Source: an uncultured bacterium (lineage in GTDB: Bacteria > Oederibacteriota > Oederibacteriia > Oederibacteriales > Oederibacteriaceae). Taken from it: a DNA stretch of 64,000 nucleotides. Positions 29,087 to 38,551 of the stretch are shown here, in pieces (positions within the stretch are counted from its first letter, which is position 1; each line of letters opens with the position of its first letter). Made by a program: the position numbers and the translations under genes. The stretch lies in contig OZ218778.1 in NCBI GenBank assembly GCA_965112635.1, forward strand, positions 1,728,001 through 1,792,000, written 5' to 3'. The notes below the pieces were generated by a model. That model had not been told where the DNA came from. It did not search any database and was given only the letters and a program-made list of their open reading frames with translations.

Positions 29087-30940
29087 TTAGTTTTCTGCGG
29101 AATGCAGTCCGCCGGAGCCGGCTATAAAGCGGATATTATTCTTTTCCGGGTCTTCGGGCAAGGCGACCGAACAGTTCCAGATACAGCCGCCGCAGTGGAT
29201 GCACTTTTCCCGGTCAAACACAGGGGTTCCTTCCGGGCCGGGCGCGATGGCCTGGGCCGAGCACATCTCCATGCAAACCCTTTTTTCGCATTGCCGGCAG
29301 AGTTCTGGCCTCAAAAAGAGCACGTGGTCGCGGACCCCGGAGGCCGGGGCCTGGACCTTGCCGCCCATCAACAGCACATCCTGCTGGGTCACCAATAGTT
29401 TGCCGTCAAAGGGGATAGGTGGCCAGCCGAGCTTGTCCATGATGGCGTCGTGCAGGGTGGTGCCTTTTTGGCGGCACTGCACTTTTATCCGGCGCAATTC
29501 TTCGGGAGTTAGGCGGCCTTTATAATATTCCTCCAGGGATTTAAAGCTCTGGTGGGCCGGTTTGGATTTGGCGGGGATGTTCAAAAGGCCCGCGGTCATG
29601 CCGGTCAGGCCCATGCCCAGGATGCCGGCAATAAAGCCGTATTGAAAACCGTTCCGGGATTTTGCCGCTATCTTTCCCTCTTTGTGGATGGCGCTCCGGC
29701 GGCGTACCTGGACATAGACTTCGTCCAGGTTGGCCTTGGTAAAAGGTTTTTTCTGCCGCAACAACTTGAGCACTCCTTCAGCCAGCATCACGCCGGTCTG
29801 CCAGGCTTCATCCACGCCTGAGCCGGTCAGGATGTTGGTGGAGCCGGAAGTTTCGCCGATGACCGCGAACCCGTCTCCGGCCAGCTGGGGTTCGCCCCTC
29901 AGGCCGGACTCCATCAGGGACTTGGCCGCCCAGGAACGCAGGGTTGCGCCTTTGAGGTATTGCCACAGATAGGGGTGCATCATCCAGTGCTGCAGGGTGC
30001 GGTAGGAAGTGCGGGCCGGGTTGGCCAGGGTCGAGGGGACGAAGATGCCCAAAGAGGCGATATTGTTGGGATAAACATACATAAAGCCGAATATCTCCGG
30101 CTCAGGATACCCAAAAGTGTGCAGGACCGTGCCGGGTTTGAGGCCATGGCCCTCGGGAAGGTCCACCACGACTTTCATGCCCACGGCCCATTCATGCTTG
30201 TGGCGGTTGTCGGGCATGCCAAAAACTTCCTCCAGCTGATGGCTGACCGGGCCGGAAGGGCCATCTCCGATGACGGTCAGGTCCGCCTCGATGTCCATGC
30301 CGGGCATGTAGTTAGCCTCCGGGTTTCCTTTTTTATCCGTGCCCTGGTCCATGAGCCGGATGCCTTTGACCGCCGAGCCTTCGATAATGGCGCTGTCCAC
30401 GGGCATGGCCGGCCATATCTGCACCAGGCCGGTCCCCATGAGCTGGGAGCCGACCCACTGGTTGAACTGTCCCATGGACAGGACCATGCCGCCATGCTTG
30501 GCCAGGAAAGGCGGGATGAAGGGCAGTTTGACCGCGTAGTTCTTGTAAAAAGGATTGGCCCAGCCAAAAGCCTTGATGAACCATTCTTTAGTTCTGATGA
30601 TCCAGGAACGGTTGCTGGCGCCGATAGGGTCCAACAGGTAGAGGATGCGCTCTTCGGTCACAGGAGCGGCCAGGGGGATGTCCGCGGGTTTGAGGTCAGG
30701 GAAGCTCTGGCGGATATATTTGGCCTTCGTGACCACGCCGGACACGCCGGCGCTGATATCGTCCGCCCGTTCGTAGCACAGGACCTGCAGGGGTGTGCCG
30801 GGCTGGCTGGGGCTGCTGAGGATATTAGCGTTCTTATCCGTCATCTGGCGGGTCAGGGTGGTCAAAAACCCGGCCATGGCCGGGCCAAAGCCCACGCAGG
30901 CGATATCCACTTTCATTTTTTGGCGTTCTACTTCGGGCAT
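29087..30940 (-). CDS. ETF-quinone oxidoreductase (FixC-FixX-like fusion with C-terminal 4Fe-4S)
   Basis: VGFGPA Rossmann fold, HTFGYP, GSGVDEA, C..C....C...C and CIHCGGC ferredoxin motifs, GSGGL terminus. Confidence 0.88.
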   Translation of the reverse strand: MPEVERQKMKVDIACVGFGPAMAGFLTTLTRQMTDKNANILSSPSQPGTPLQVLCYERADDISAGVSGVVTKAKYIRQSFPDLKPADIPLAAPVTEERILYLLDPIGASNRSWIIRTKEWFIKAFGWANPFYKNYAVKLPFIPPFLAKHGGMVLSMGQFNQWVGSQLMGTGLVQIWPAMPVDSAIIEGSAVKGIRLMDQGTDKKGNPEANYMPGMDIEADLTVIGDGPSGPVSHQLEEVFGMPDNRHKHEWAVGMKVVVDLPEGHGLKPGTVLHTFGYPEPEIFGFMYVYPNNIASLGIFVPSTLANPARTSYRTLQHWMMHPYLWQYLKGATLRSWAAKSLMESGLRGEPQLAGDGFAVIGETSGSTNILTGSGVDEAWQTGVMLAEGVLKLLRQKKPFTKANLDEVYVQVRRRSAIHKEGKIAAKSRNGFQYGFIAGILGMGLTGMTAGLLNIPAKSKPAHQSFKSLEEYYKGRLTPEELRRIKVQCRQKGTTLHDAIMDKLGWPPIPFDGKLLVTQQDVLLMGGKVQAPASGVRDHVLFLRPELCRQCEKRVCMEMCSAQAIAPGPEGTPVFDREKCIHCGGCIWNCSVALPEDPEKNNIRFIAGSGGLHSAEN

Positions 30941-30984
30941 GTTTGGTTTCCTTTAAAAAATTGCCGCTTTAGATGGAGGAATAT

Positions 30985-31344
30985 TTAAAACTCCAGCTTG
31001 CGGGTTCTAACTAAACCCGGAGCGATAATCGTGATACGGCCTGCAACTTCCTTCTCTTTAAGTTCCCCGTAGTAAACGGTAAAAACCTTAGTTATTTGGG
31101 ACGCGGTAAAATGATTCGGTGTGCGGATCAGAATAAGTCCCGCGGGATATGGCTTCAGGCGGGACAAGGGAAAATCTAAATCCCTTGTAATAATAATTCT
31201 TTTTTCGGATGCAGCTAATTTCCAAATTATCTCATCAGAGCAGCCCTTAAATTGGCTTTCCGCTATATCCAGGACATCTTCACCTGACTTTTTGAGGAAT
31301 AGGATAAGATTATAGGGAAGGTTTTCATCAACGAGGAAGCGCAT
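30985..31344 (-). CDS. DUF5615 family PIN-like toxin
   Basis: MRFLVDENLP...SDE.I...A....RIIITRDLDF; overlaps the DUF433 gene end. Confidence 0.88.
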   Translation of the reverse strand: MRFLVDENLPYNLILFLKKSGEDVLDIAESQFKGCSDEIIWKLAASEKRIIITRDLDFPLSRLKPYPAGLILIRTPNHFTASQITKVFTVYYGELKEKEVAGRITIIAPGLVRTRKLEF

Positions 31345-31555
31345 GCACCTTTTCCTGCACCAGAGTTTCTGTGGCATAAGACAACGCTGCGTGCACGTCA
31401 GAAATATTGAGGCGATATTCACGGCAAATTTCTTCAGGGCTCATGCCTCCGGCCATAGCTCCTGTAATGACATGAACAGGCACACGGGTGCCTTTGATGA
31501 CGGGTTTGCCGCCCATAACTTTTGGATCAATCATAATATGAGATTTTCTAAGCAT
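31328..31555 (-). CDS. DUF433 family antitoxin
   Basis: IDPKVMGGKPVIKGTRVPV..I...A.G....EI..EY.L...DV.AAL.YA. Confidence 0.92.
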   Translation of the reverse strand: MLRKSHIMIDPKVMGGKPVIKGTRVPVHVITGAMAGGMSPEEICREYRLNISDVHAALSYATETLVQEKVHALPR

Positions 31556-31615
31556 CCAGTGCTCCTTTCTTTGAACTTAAGTAAATTATATCATTTCTTG
31601 GTTTGATTGGCAGAG

Positions 31616-33676
31616 TTACACCGGGTAATCCAAAATCTCCGGGATCATGACTTTGTTCAGGGCTTCGGCAGCACGGTCCTTGGCCAGTCCCGCGCCGGCC
31701 AGGCTGGCGTCCAGGCTGGCGGACAGTTTCTGGAACTCGTCGACAGCTTTTCCGGGAGCCTGATAACCGTAGACCAGGGTGGAGCAGACCTTGCTCACTT
31801 CACCAGCGCAGCGGGCCGCCTGGACCTGGGAAAGGTCAAAGTAAAAGTTGAGCAATCCTGCCAGTCCCTCGGCTACCGTGGGGCTGTTGGGCCCTTTGGT
31901 CTCCAGTTCCAGGACATCCTGTATCAGGCAGCGGGTCGCCAGGATCCAGCACAGGGCGTCGGCCAGGGGGAAGACGATCCCCTGGCGGTTGCTGTGATAA
32001 AGCTTGGAACCGGCTGAGTCAGTGTTGGTCTTTAGAAAGTCCAAAGTCCAAAGCCATAAGTCCAAAGTCCCAGAAAGGATAGAACACCCCAGGCCGGGTT
32101 TTTGCTTTTCGATTGTTTTCAGTTCTTCGTTCCAAATCCCCATATATTTAAGGAAAACCTCATTATCCATGCTGATGGTCATTTGGCGGCGTTGGACAGC
32201 CTCGGGCCCCTCATAGGTGGCTTCCAGCTGGATATCAACCCACTTGCTAAAGAGGAAGCCGGGGCAGTCCTCGGTAATGCCGTAACCGCCGACCAGGCTG
32301 ACCGCCTCGCGCATCATGGTGGCACCGTAACCAGTGTTCCACAGTTTGCAGGCCGGGCACATCACATTGGCCAGGCTGTCGGTCAGGACGAACTGGACCA
32401 GCTTGTCGTTCTTGAGCTCCACAGCCCGTTTGTCACCGGGTTTTTTGGCCAGGTCCAGGTATTCTATGGCGTTTTTCTGGAGCGACATCAGGTGTTTCAT
32501 CTGGGCTCGCGGACCGGAAATACCTTTTTTCTCGAAATCCGCGTTCTTGAAATGTGTTAATGGGTCTAGCTCGTCGAAAAGCCTCGCGGTCGCGAAGCCC
32601 AAAGAAGCCCCGGCCTCGCCCGTAGCCCAGATGTCGATGAGGCGGTGCGTACAATCCTCTTTTAACTGCAGGCCCTTTTCGTAACGCGGGGTGCCTGCTT
32701 CGACCTTTTCGGCTCCGCGGAAACGGTTGCGGTGGTAACGGATGACCGGCTCAATGGCCGAGAGGAGCTTGGCTGAGGACATCAGTCCGACCGTGACGCG
32801 GGTGTGATGGAACACGGCTTCGATGATCTCGCCGTGGGAAAATTTCGGGATGATGACGCCGTCCTTGATGGTGTAGCCGCCGATGATACGGCTGGCCGGT
32901 ATTTTAAGGTTAAAGATGGGGTCGCCGGTGGAGGAAAGCTGGTGCACCAATTTTTTGGTGGCAGTGCCCCGGTCAAACACGCCGGGGTCTGTATCTTCCA
33001 GGATGACCATGCAGCTTCCCTGGAATTTGGGGTCGTCCGAAGTTACGGCCGCGGTGATAAAGTTGGCGTAACCGATGTTGGTGATGAAACGGCCCCTTTT
33101 ATCCACCTGCAGGAGCGGCTCTTTGCCTTCCTTCCATTCGGCCACGCGTATCTTGCCGCTGACCATGCCGGTCTCCACGCCCACATAAGGGAGAGGTTCG
33201 GTGAGCACAAAGGCGCCGCGCCAGGTTTTGCGGTTCTCGCCGGGCTTGGCCGGAGCGGCCAGAGCCAGGTATTTGTCCCGCTGTTCTTTGGTGCCCTTTT
33301 CATGGATGGGAGAAAGCGCCAGGTTGCCGGCCAGGCTGGCCGTGCAGGCGCCGCCGTCCACCCAGCAAAGCTCAAAGGCGATGAGGGAAAGCACGAAATT
33401 CTTGGGCCCGTCAATGAGGCCGCCCTGGGCCGTGTCCATAAAGGCGGCGGTGATGCCGGCCTCGTCAAAGGCCTTTAAAAGTTCGGCTTTTTTATCGTTC
33501 CATTCGTGGCTGTTGCGGCCGCCTTCGGCCACCAGACGGGCGACCGGGCCCCTGGCCGCGGCCCGGCTGGACTGCACCAGCATCTGCAGGTCATAGCGGT
33601 CCGTATAGCGCCACATGATCTGGCGGACATCATCGCCCGGAAGGGTTTTGAGGGTCTCGGTCTGGCTGGGTTCCAT
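31616..33676 (-). CDS. Long acyl-CoA dehydrogenase family protein
   Basis: AFVLTEP, K.GRFITN, A.SLVGGYGITEDCPG, YEG.E.VQR ACAD motifs. Confidence 0.88.
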   Translation of the reverse strand: MEPSQTETLKTLPGDDVRQIMWRYTDRYDLQMLVQSSRAAARGPVARLVAEGGRNSHEWNDKKAELLKAFDEAGITAAFMDTAQGGLIDGPKNFVLSLIAFELCWVDGGACTASLAGNLALSPIHEKGTKEQRDKYLALAAPAKPGENRKTWRGAFVLTEPLPYVGVETGMVSGKIRVAEWKEGKEPLLQVDKRGRFITNIGYANFITAAVTSDDPKFQGSCMVILEDTDPGVFDRGTATKKLVHQLSSTGDPIFNLKIPASRIIGGYTIKDGVIIPKFSHGEIIEAVFHHTRVTVGLMSSAKLLSAIEPVIRYHRNRFRGAEKVEAGTPRYEKGLQLKEDCTHRLIDIWATGEAGASLGFATARLFDELDPLTHFKNADFEKKGISGPRAQMKHLMSLQKNAIEYLDLAKKPGDKRAVELKNDKLVQFVLTDSLANVMCPACKLWNTGYGATMMREAVSLVGGYGITEDCPGFLFSKWVDIQLEATYEGPEAVQRRQMTISMDNEVFLKYMGIWNEELKTIEKQKPGLGCSILSGTLDLWLWTLDFLKTNTDSAGSKLYHSNRQGIVFPLADALCWILATRCLIQDVLELETKGPNSPTVAEGLAGLLNFYFDLSQVQAARCAGEVSKVCSTLVYGYQAPGKAVDEFQKLSASLDASLAGAGLAKDRAAEALNKVMIPEILDYPV

Positions 33677-33724
33677 AATTTTTGTTGATATTCCTTTCTA
33701 ACAAAGTGGGAACAAACTCCAATC

Positions 33725-33753
33725 ATCATACCTACGGACTATTGACAAGTCAA
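33725..33753 (-). promoter_or_regulatory. Putative sigma-70 promoter for the ACAD operon (TTGACT-17-TATGAT)
   Basis: Minus-strand hexamers at 33748-53 and 33725-30; overlaps the palindrome attgac-aa-gtcaat. Confidence 0.5.
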
Positions 33754-33808
33754 TGCGGGTAAGAAAGCGGTTATAATATAGGAAACAATCAAAAGAAAGG
33801 CAGGCGGC

Positions 33809-34276
33809 ATGCTCTTTTACGGGTTTTATCGTTCCCCTTTGGGGAGGATTAAGATCACAGCCACCACCCGGGCTGTGGTCAGCATTGAACTAAAACCGCG
33901 ACCAGGGGAATTGGGGCCGGCCGCAGCCAAAAATACTCCTTTGATCAAAAGAGCGGTCAGGGAGCTCAAAGAGTATTTCAAGGGCAACAGGAAAAAGTTC
34001 GACTTTAAACTGGACCCGCAGGGGACCGTTTTTCAAAAAAAGATCTGGCAAGCCATGCGGAAGATACCCTACGGGCATACTTTGTCTTATGGCGAGCTGG
34101 CCAGAGCCGCGGGATTCCCCAAATCCAGCCGGGCTGCGGGGGGAGCCTGCAACAAAAACCCCATCCTTCTGGCCATACCCTGCCACCGGGTGGTAGCAAG
34201 CCAGGGCAAACTGGGAGGGTTCGGGTGCGGGATAAAAAATAAATTGGCCTTGTTGCGCCTGGAAGCCCGGTCTTAA
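33809..34276 (+). CDS. ogt: Methylated-DNA--protein-cysteine methyltransferase
   Basis: GT.FQ..W, IPYG.T.SYG, NPI..AIPCHRVV active site. Confidence 0.95.
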   Translation: MLFYGFYRSPLGRIKITATTRAVVSIELKPRPGELGPAAAKNTPLIKRAVRELKEYFKGNRKKFDFKLDPQGTVFQKKIWQAMRKIPYGHTLSYGELARAAGFPKSSRAAGGACNKNPILLAIPCHRVVASQGKLGGFGCGIKNKLALLRLEARS

Positions 34277-34890
34277 AACCCCAGCACTTCGTTGACGAAC
34301 AGCAGGGTCACTTTGCGGCCCATAAAAGCCGGTTCCTTTTCAATAATGAGGAGCTTGGCCAGGACGGTGCCGTGCATTCCCGCTTTTTTCATACGCTCGT
34401 TCTCAAGAGGGACCACATACTCACGCACACGCCTAAGGGCGGTTCCCAGGTCAGGGGTGATCTTTTGGGTGCCGACCACCCAAATGACGTTCTGGCTGGA
34501 AAAGGCGTCTGAAGGTATCTGGCTGCCTGAGGCGCTGGCTATGACGATCTCGCCGGTCTGGGCCACGGCGTGGACGCTGGCCAGGAAATAATCAACGGTG
34601 GTGCTTTTCTTGCGCAGTTCCATCTGCTTGGAGGGGATGGTTTCCGCCAGCAGGATATCCTTGAAATTATTCCAGGGATGCTGGCCGGATTTCAAAAGGT
34701 CCGTAAACCCTATCTGCTCGAGGGTGGTGGAGCCTCCGGTCATGAGCTCGGCTTTTAAGGGGAGCAGTTCCCTCAGGCGGAGCAGGGCTTTTTCTTTGGT
34801 GGCCACGAATTCAGCCGAAAAACCTCGCGATTTGAGGGATTCCATGGTTGTTTTGACGACTTCTTCGGAAGCTAGGGTATTGAAGCTCAT
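34273..34890 (-). CDS. LUD domain (lactate utilization LutC-like) protein
   Basis: GGS.TL.QIG, S..AV...G......A.G, V..VVG.QKI..D...A..R. Confidence 0.82.
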   Translation of the reverse strand: MSFNTLASEEVVKTTMESLKSRGFSAEFVATKEKALLRLRELLPLKAELMTGGSTTLEQIGFTDLLKSGQHPWNNFKDILLAETIPSKQMELRKKSTTVDYFLASVHAVAQTGEIVIASASGSQIPSDAFSSQNVIWVVGTQKITPDLGTALRRVREYVVPLENERMKKAGMHGTVLAKLLIIEKEPAFMGRKVTLLFVNEVLGF

Positions 34891-34984
34891 AGTGTCCTCC
34901 TGTTAGCTATGTTAACCGTTCCTCTATCTTTAATATATTCCAACTGTCCGGTTTTGGCAACCAACCCAAGGCATGCCTGGGCAT

Positions 34985-35020
34985 AAAAAAAGCACCCCGC
35001 AGGATGACTGCGGGGTGCTT
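34985..35020 (-). terminator. Rho-independent terminator
   Basis: aagcaccccgcag-gatga-ctgcggggtgctt hairpin with an A7 tract (U tract on minus strand) just after the 35040 stop. Confidence 0.85.
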
Positions 35021-35039
35021 ATATTGTCGTGGAAAAATA

Positions 35040-35822
35040 TTATTTAGCTGCTGCCGGGGTCACGGCCGGGGTAACTACAGGTGCCGGCTTAGGCGCGGGC
35101 TTGGGAGCGGACATCAGATCATTGAGCTGTTTCTTTTTCTCATCGACCTGTTTCATAAGTGATTCGATGGCGTCTTTTTTGCCGGCTTGCACGGCGGTTT
35201 TCATCTTGTCCGATATGCCAAGAAGCTGGTCAATGACGGCCAGGGCCTTCTTGCCATTGGTCTGCTTGGCCTTCAATTCTTGGGCTTCCGTGGTGTTGTT
35301 CGATTGTTTGGCCTTGTCGATACCGCTGCTGAGGTTCTTAAGCCCCGCGGTGATCTTGTCTTTCATATGGGTCAGGTTGGCCACCTGGTCGGCGATGCCT
35401 TCCAGCATCTGGTTGGTGTGGAAATCCTGCTGGGCTTTTTGAAGTTCCTTGCCCATCTCCTCGGCTTTTTGGTTGTCTCCGGCGTCCCTGGCCTTGGCGA
35501 TCTCGTCCGTGGTGTCCAAAATTTTGGTCTGCATGTCCAGATTTTCCTGAGCTTGCTTAACTTTTTCTTCCAGCATGGCGACCTTGTCGGCGTCTTTGCC
35601 GGCTTTGGCTGTTTCCAAGTCCATCTTTTTGGCTTCCAGGTTCAGGTTGGCTTCCTTGACGCGCAGCTCTTTGAGACTCCTTTCCGCGTCCCTGATCTCC
35701 TTGCGGACAGTGGTCAACTCATCGCTGCCGGCCGGTTTAGGGGCAGGGCTGGTTTGCTGCTGTGCTGCCAGGGGCAAAGCCAGGCACAGGGTGAAAAGCG
35801 CGAGCAAAATTCTTTTCGTCAT
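35040..35822 (-). CDS. Secreted coiled-coil hypothetical protein
   Basis: Signal peptide MTKRILLALF...LAA, K/E/A-rich helices, PAPKPA/VTPA tail; AAGGAG RBS. Confidence 0.72.
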   Translation of the reverse strand: MTKRILLALFTLCLALPLAAQQQTSPAPKPAGSDELTTVRKEIRDAERSLKELRVKEANLNLEAKKMDLETAKAGKDADKVAMLEEKVKQAQENLDMQTKILDTTDEIAKARDAGDNQKAEEMGKELQKAQQDFHTNQMLEGIADQVANLTHMKDKITAGLKNLSSGIDKAKQSNNTTEAQELKAKQTNGKKALAVIDQLLGISDKMKTAVQAGKKDAIESLMKQVDEKKKQLNDLMSAPKPAPKPAPVVTPAVTPAAAK

Positions 35823-35956
35823 CTTTGTTCTCCTTATTCATTCTAAGATTTTGCCTATCTGATGCTACATTATAGACCACGGCTGGCTCATGGAAAAGCG
35901 GGAATAATTTTAGTATAGTGGAATATATTGTTCTTAAAACCCGAGGAGGAAAAGAC

Positions 35957-36409
35957 ATGGCGAAATCAGCGTTAGTAGCGAAAATAGAAGGGGAAATGAC
36001 GGCCGCGATGAAGGCCAAGAACGAGGCAGTGCTTTCCGCTTTGCGTATGATCAAATCAGCCTTTCAATATAAGGCAATAGAACTCAAAAAAGAGCTGACC
36101 GACGAGGACGCCCTGGATGTCCTGATGAAACAGGCCAAGCAGCGAAGGGAATCCATCGAAGGCTTTACCAAGGGCAACCGGCAGGATTTGGCGGACAAGG
36201 AAAAGGCTGAGCTGGCCCTGATAGAAAAGTTTTTACCTCAGCAGATGACCGAGGATGAGATCAAGGCTCTGGCCCAAGAGGTCATCAAGGCCGTGGGAGC
36301 CACCTCAGCCAAGGAAATGGGCAAAGTCATGGCTAGCTTGAACCCCAAGGTCAAAGGCAAAGCCGATATGGGCAAGGTAAGCGGGATAGTAAAATCCTTG
36401 CTGGGATAA
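35957..36409 (+). CDS. yqeY: GatB/YqeY domain protein
   Basis: AMKAK...S.LRM.K, KQ.KQRRES...F..G.R.DL, LP.Q, MGKVM..L.PK..GKAD; ATG 35957 after GAGGAG. Confidence 0.92.
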   Translation: MAKSALVAKIEGEMTAAMKAKNEAVLSALRMIKSAFQYKAIELKKELTDEDALDVLMKQAKQRRESIEGFTKGNRQDLADKEKAELALIEKFLPQQMTEDEIKALAQEVIKAVGATSAKEMGKVMASLNPKVKGKADMGKVSGIVKSLLG

Positions 36410-36428
36410 CAAAAAGAGGAAACTGAGA

Positions 36429-38273
36429 ATGCCGAGTTACAGTCCAGTAAAATTCACCGAGGTGGAATCAAAACAGGGGTTTTGGGCGCAACGCCAGCAG
36501 GTCAACAGGCGCAATACCATTCCCGCCATCTACAACCAGCTCAAAAAAACAGGCAGGCTGGCCGCCTTTAAACTCAAGGCGCCCAGGGGCTGTCATATAT
36601 TTTGGGATTCGGATGTGGCCAAGTGGCTGGAAGCGGCCTGCTACAGCCTGGCCCGTCATCCTGACCCAAAACTGGCCAGCCTGGTGGAGAAGACCGTGGA
36701 CCTGGTCCTGTCAGCCCAGCAAAAGGACGGCTACCTCAACACCTATTTCATCGCCAAAGAACCCAAGATGCGCTGGAAGAATCTGCGGGACAACCATGAG
36801 TTGTATTGTGCCGGTCATTTGATGGAGGCGGCTGCGGCACATTTCCAGACGACCGGGAACCGGCGTTTCGTGGAGGCCATGGCTAGGCTGGCTGACCACA
36901 TTTCCAGCCGATTTGGCAGGGAAAAAGGAAAGAAGCGGGGTTACTGCGGGCACGAGGAGATAGAGCTGGCTCTCGTTAAATTGTACCGAGCCACCGGAGA
37001 AAAGAGATTTCTGGAACTGAGCCGCTATTTTTTAGAAGAGCGCGGGCACAAACCCAATTATTTTGACCAGGAGGCCAGGGCCAGGGGAGAGGATCCGTCC
37101 ACATTCTGGGCCAAGGCCGAATATTACCAGGCTAATATTCCGGTACGCCAACAGAAAAAGCCGACTGGCCACGCGGTGCGGGCCATGTACCTGTACTGCG
37201 GGATGACAGACCTTTTCAACGAGACCGGGGACAAGACGCTCCTCAGTACACTCAAGCGGCTGTGGGAGCACTTGACCCAGCGGCTCATGTACGTGACCGG
37301 CGGGATCGGCTCGTCCAGCCAGAACGAGGGGTTTACTTTTGATTTTGACCTGCCCAACGAGAATGCCTACGCCGAGACCTGCGCCACCATCGGGCTGGTG
37401 CTTTGGAACCACCGCCTGCTACAGGAGGAATGCGACAGCCGTTACGCTGATGTGCTGGAGCTGGCGCTGTATAACGGCGTGCTCAGCGGAGTTTCTTTGG
37501 ACGGGAAAAAGTTCTTTTACGTTAATCCCTTATCCAGCACGGGCCAGCACCATCGCCAGGACTGGTTTGGCTGTGCCTGCTGTCCGCCCAATGTGGCCCG
37601 GGCCATCGAGTTTTTGGGCGAGTTCATTTATTCCCAGTCCCAACAGGAGGCAGTGGTCCATTTGTTCGCGGACAGCACTGCTCGTCTGGAAGTAGGGGGC
37701 CAGCAGGTCATTCTGACACAGAAGACCAATTATCCGTGGCAGGGGAAAGTGGACATCACGGTGCAGCCGGACTGGCCAGCCAGATTTACTTTAAAAATAA
37801 GAAAGCCCGGATGGAGCCATGAAGCGCGAGTGCTCCTCAACGGCAAGAACATAAAGCCAAAGATGGAGAGGGGATACCTGGCCATAGACCGGAAGTGGGA
37901 GCCGGGAGACAAGGTTAGCCTGGATTTTCCCATGACGGTGGAGAGAGTTTACGCGGACCCCCGGGTGAAAAGCGATATTGGCCGGGTGGCGCTGATGCGC
38001 GGGCCGTTGGTGTACTGCCTGGAACAGGCGGATAATGGACCTGACCTGGAAACGCTGACCATACCCCGTAAAGCAAAGATCAAAGCCGTCTCAGGGGCGG
38101 GCATGGTGGCTTTGCAGGGCGAGGCCATCAGGGAATACAGCGGGTCAGGCGAGCTTTATCGCCGAGAACCCGGCCACAACCGGACAGTGCGATTCAAAGC
38201 CGTGCCATACTTTAGCTGGGACAACCGCAAAGGCGGAGAGATGATCGTGTGGGTGAGGAGAGAAAATGGCTGA
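36429..38273 (+). CDS. Glycoside hydrolase family 127 (beta-L-arabinofuranosidase-like)
   Basis: FWDSDVAKWLEA, HELYCAGH, GHEEIELAL, GHAVRAMY, YAETCA, CACCPPN motifs. Confidence 0.93.
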   Translation: MPSYSPVKFTEVESKQGFWAQRQQVNRRNTIPAIYNQLKKTGRLAAFKLKAPRGCHIFWDSDVAKWLEAACYSLARHPDPKLASLVEKTVDLVLSAQQKDGYLNTYFIAKEPKMRWKNLRDNHELYCAGHLMEAAAAHFQTTGNRRFVEAMARLADHISSRFGREKGKKRGYCGHEEIELALVKLYRATGEKRFLELSRYFLEERGHKPNYFDQEARARGEDPSTFWAKAEYYQANIPVRQQKKPTGHAVRAMYLYCGMTDLFNETGDKTLLSTLKRLWEHLTQRLMYVTGGIGSSSQNEGFTFDFDLPNENAYAETCATIGLVLWNHRLLQEECDSRYADVLELALYNGVLSGVSLDGKKFFYVNPLSSTGQHHRQDWFGCACCPPNVARAIEFLGEFIYSQSQQEAVVHLFADSTARLEVGGQQVILTQKTNYPWQGKVDITVQPDWPARFTLKIRKPGWSHEARVLLNGKNIKPKMERGYLAIDRKWEPGDKVSLDFPMTVERVYADPRVKSDIGRVALMRGPLVYCLEQADNGPDLETLTIPRKAKIKAVSGAGMVALQGEAIREYSGSGELYRREPGHNRTVRFKAVPYFSWDNRKGGEMIVWVRRENG

Positions 38274-38547
38274 TTATAAAATAAAATGTGAAGTAATTCA
38301 GGTCAAAACTGAATCAGGGGTTTGTATTGGGTCAGCCAAATGCCGATTGGGAGAAATATATATACTCACAGCCAGAACGCCGGAACCAGTGGGTATGTGT
38401 GGCAGGGCATTTGCCGCTATTCATCCCATGGCCTTTGCCATGCGCTGGTCTGAGCAGATGATGTGGGAGAAGAAGGATTATGTGGATGTTTCCTGTCCTG
38501 ATGGTGGTTGCGTGACTTATAGACTTTCCAGAATAAGGGATAAGTGA
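38266..38547 (+). CDS. Small Cys-rich protein, TIGR04076-like
   Basis: C....C..G..Y...TP....C..AF..I.P...SCPDG.V.Y.L.R pattern; AT-rich. Confidence 0.7.
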   Translation: MADYKIKCEVIQVKTESGVCIGSAKCRLGEIYILTARTPEPVGMCGRAFAAIHPMAFAMRWSEQMMWEKKDYVDVSCPDGGCVTYRLSRIRDK

Positions 38548-38551
38548 GTTT

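Noticed and set aside
30941-31615. Gene-end duplication around the DUF433/DUF5615 pair
   Set aside because: No direct repeat of the ACAD end or ETF-QO start was found by eye.
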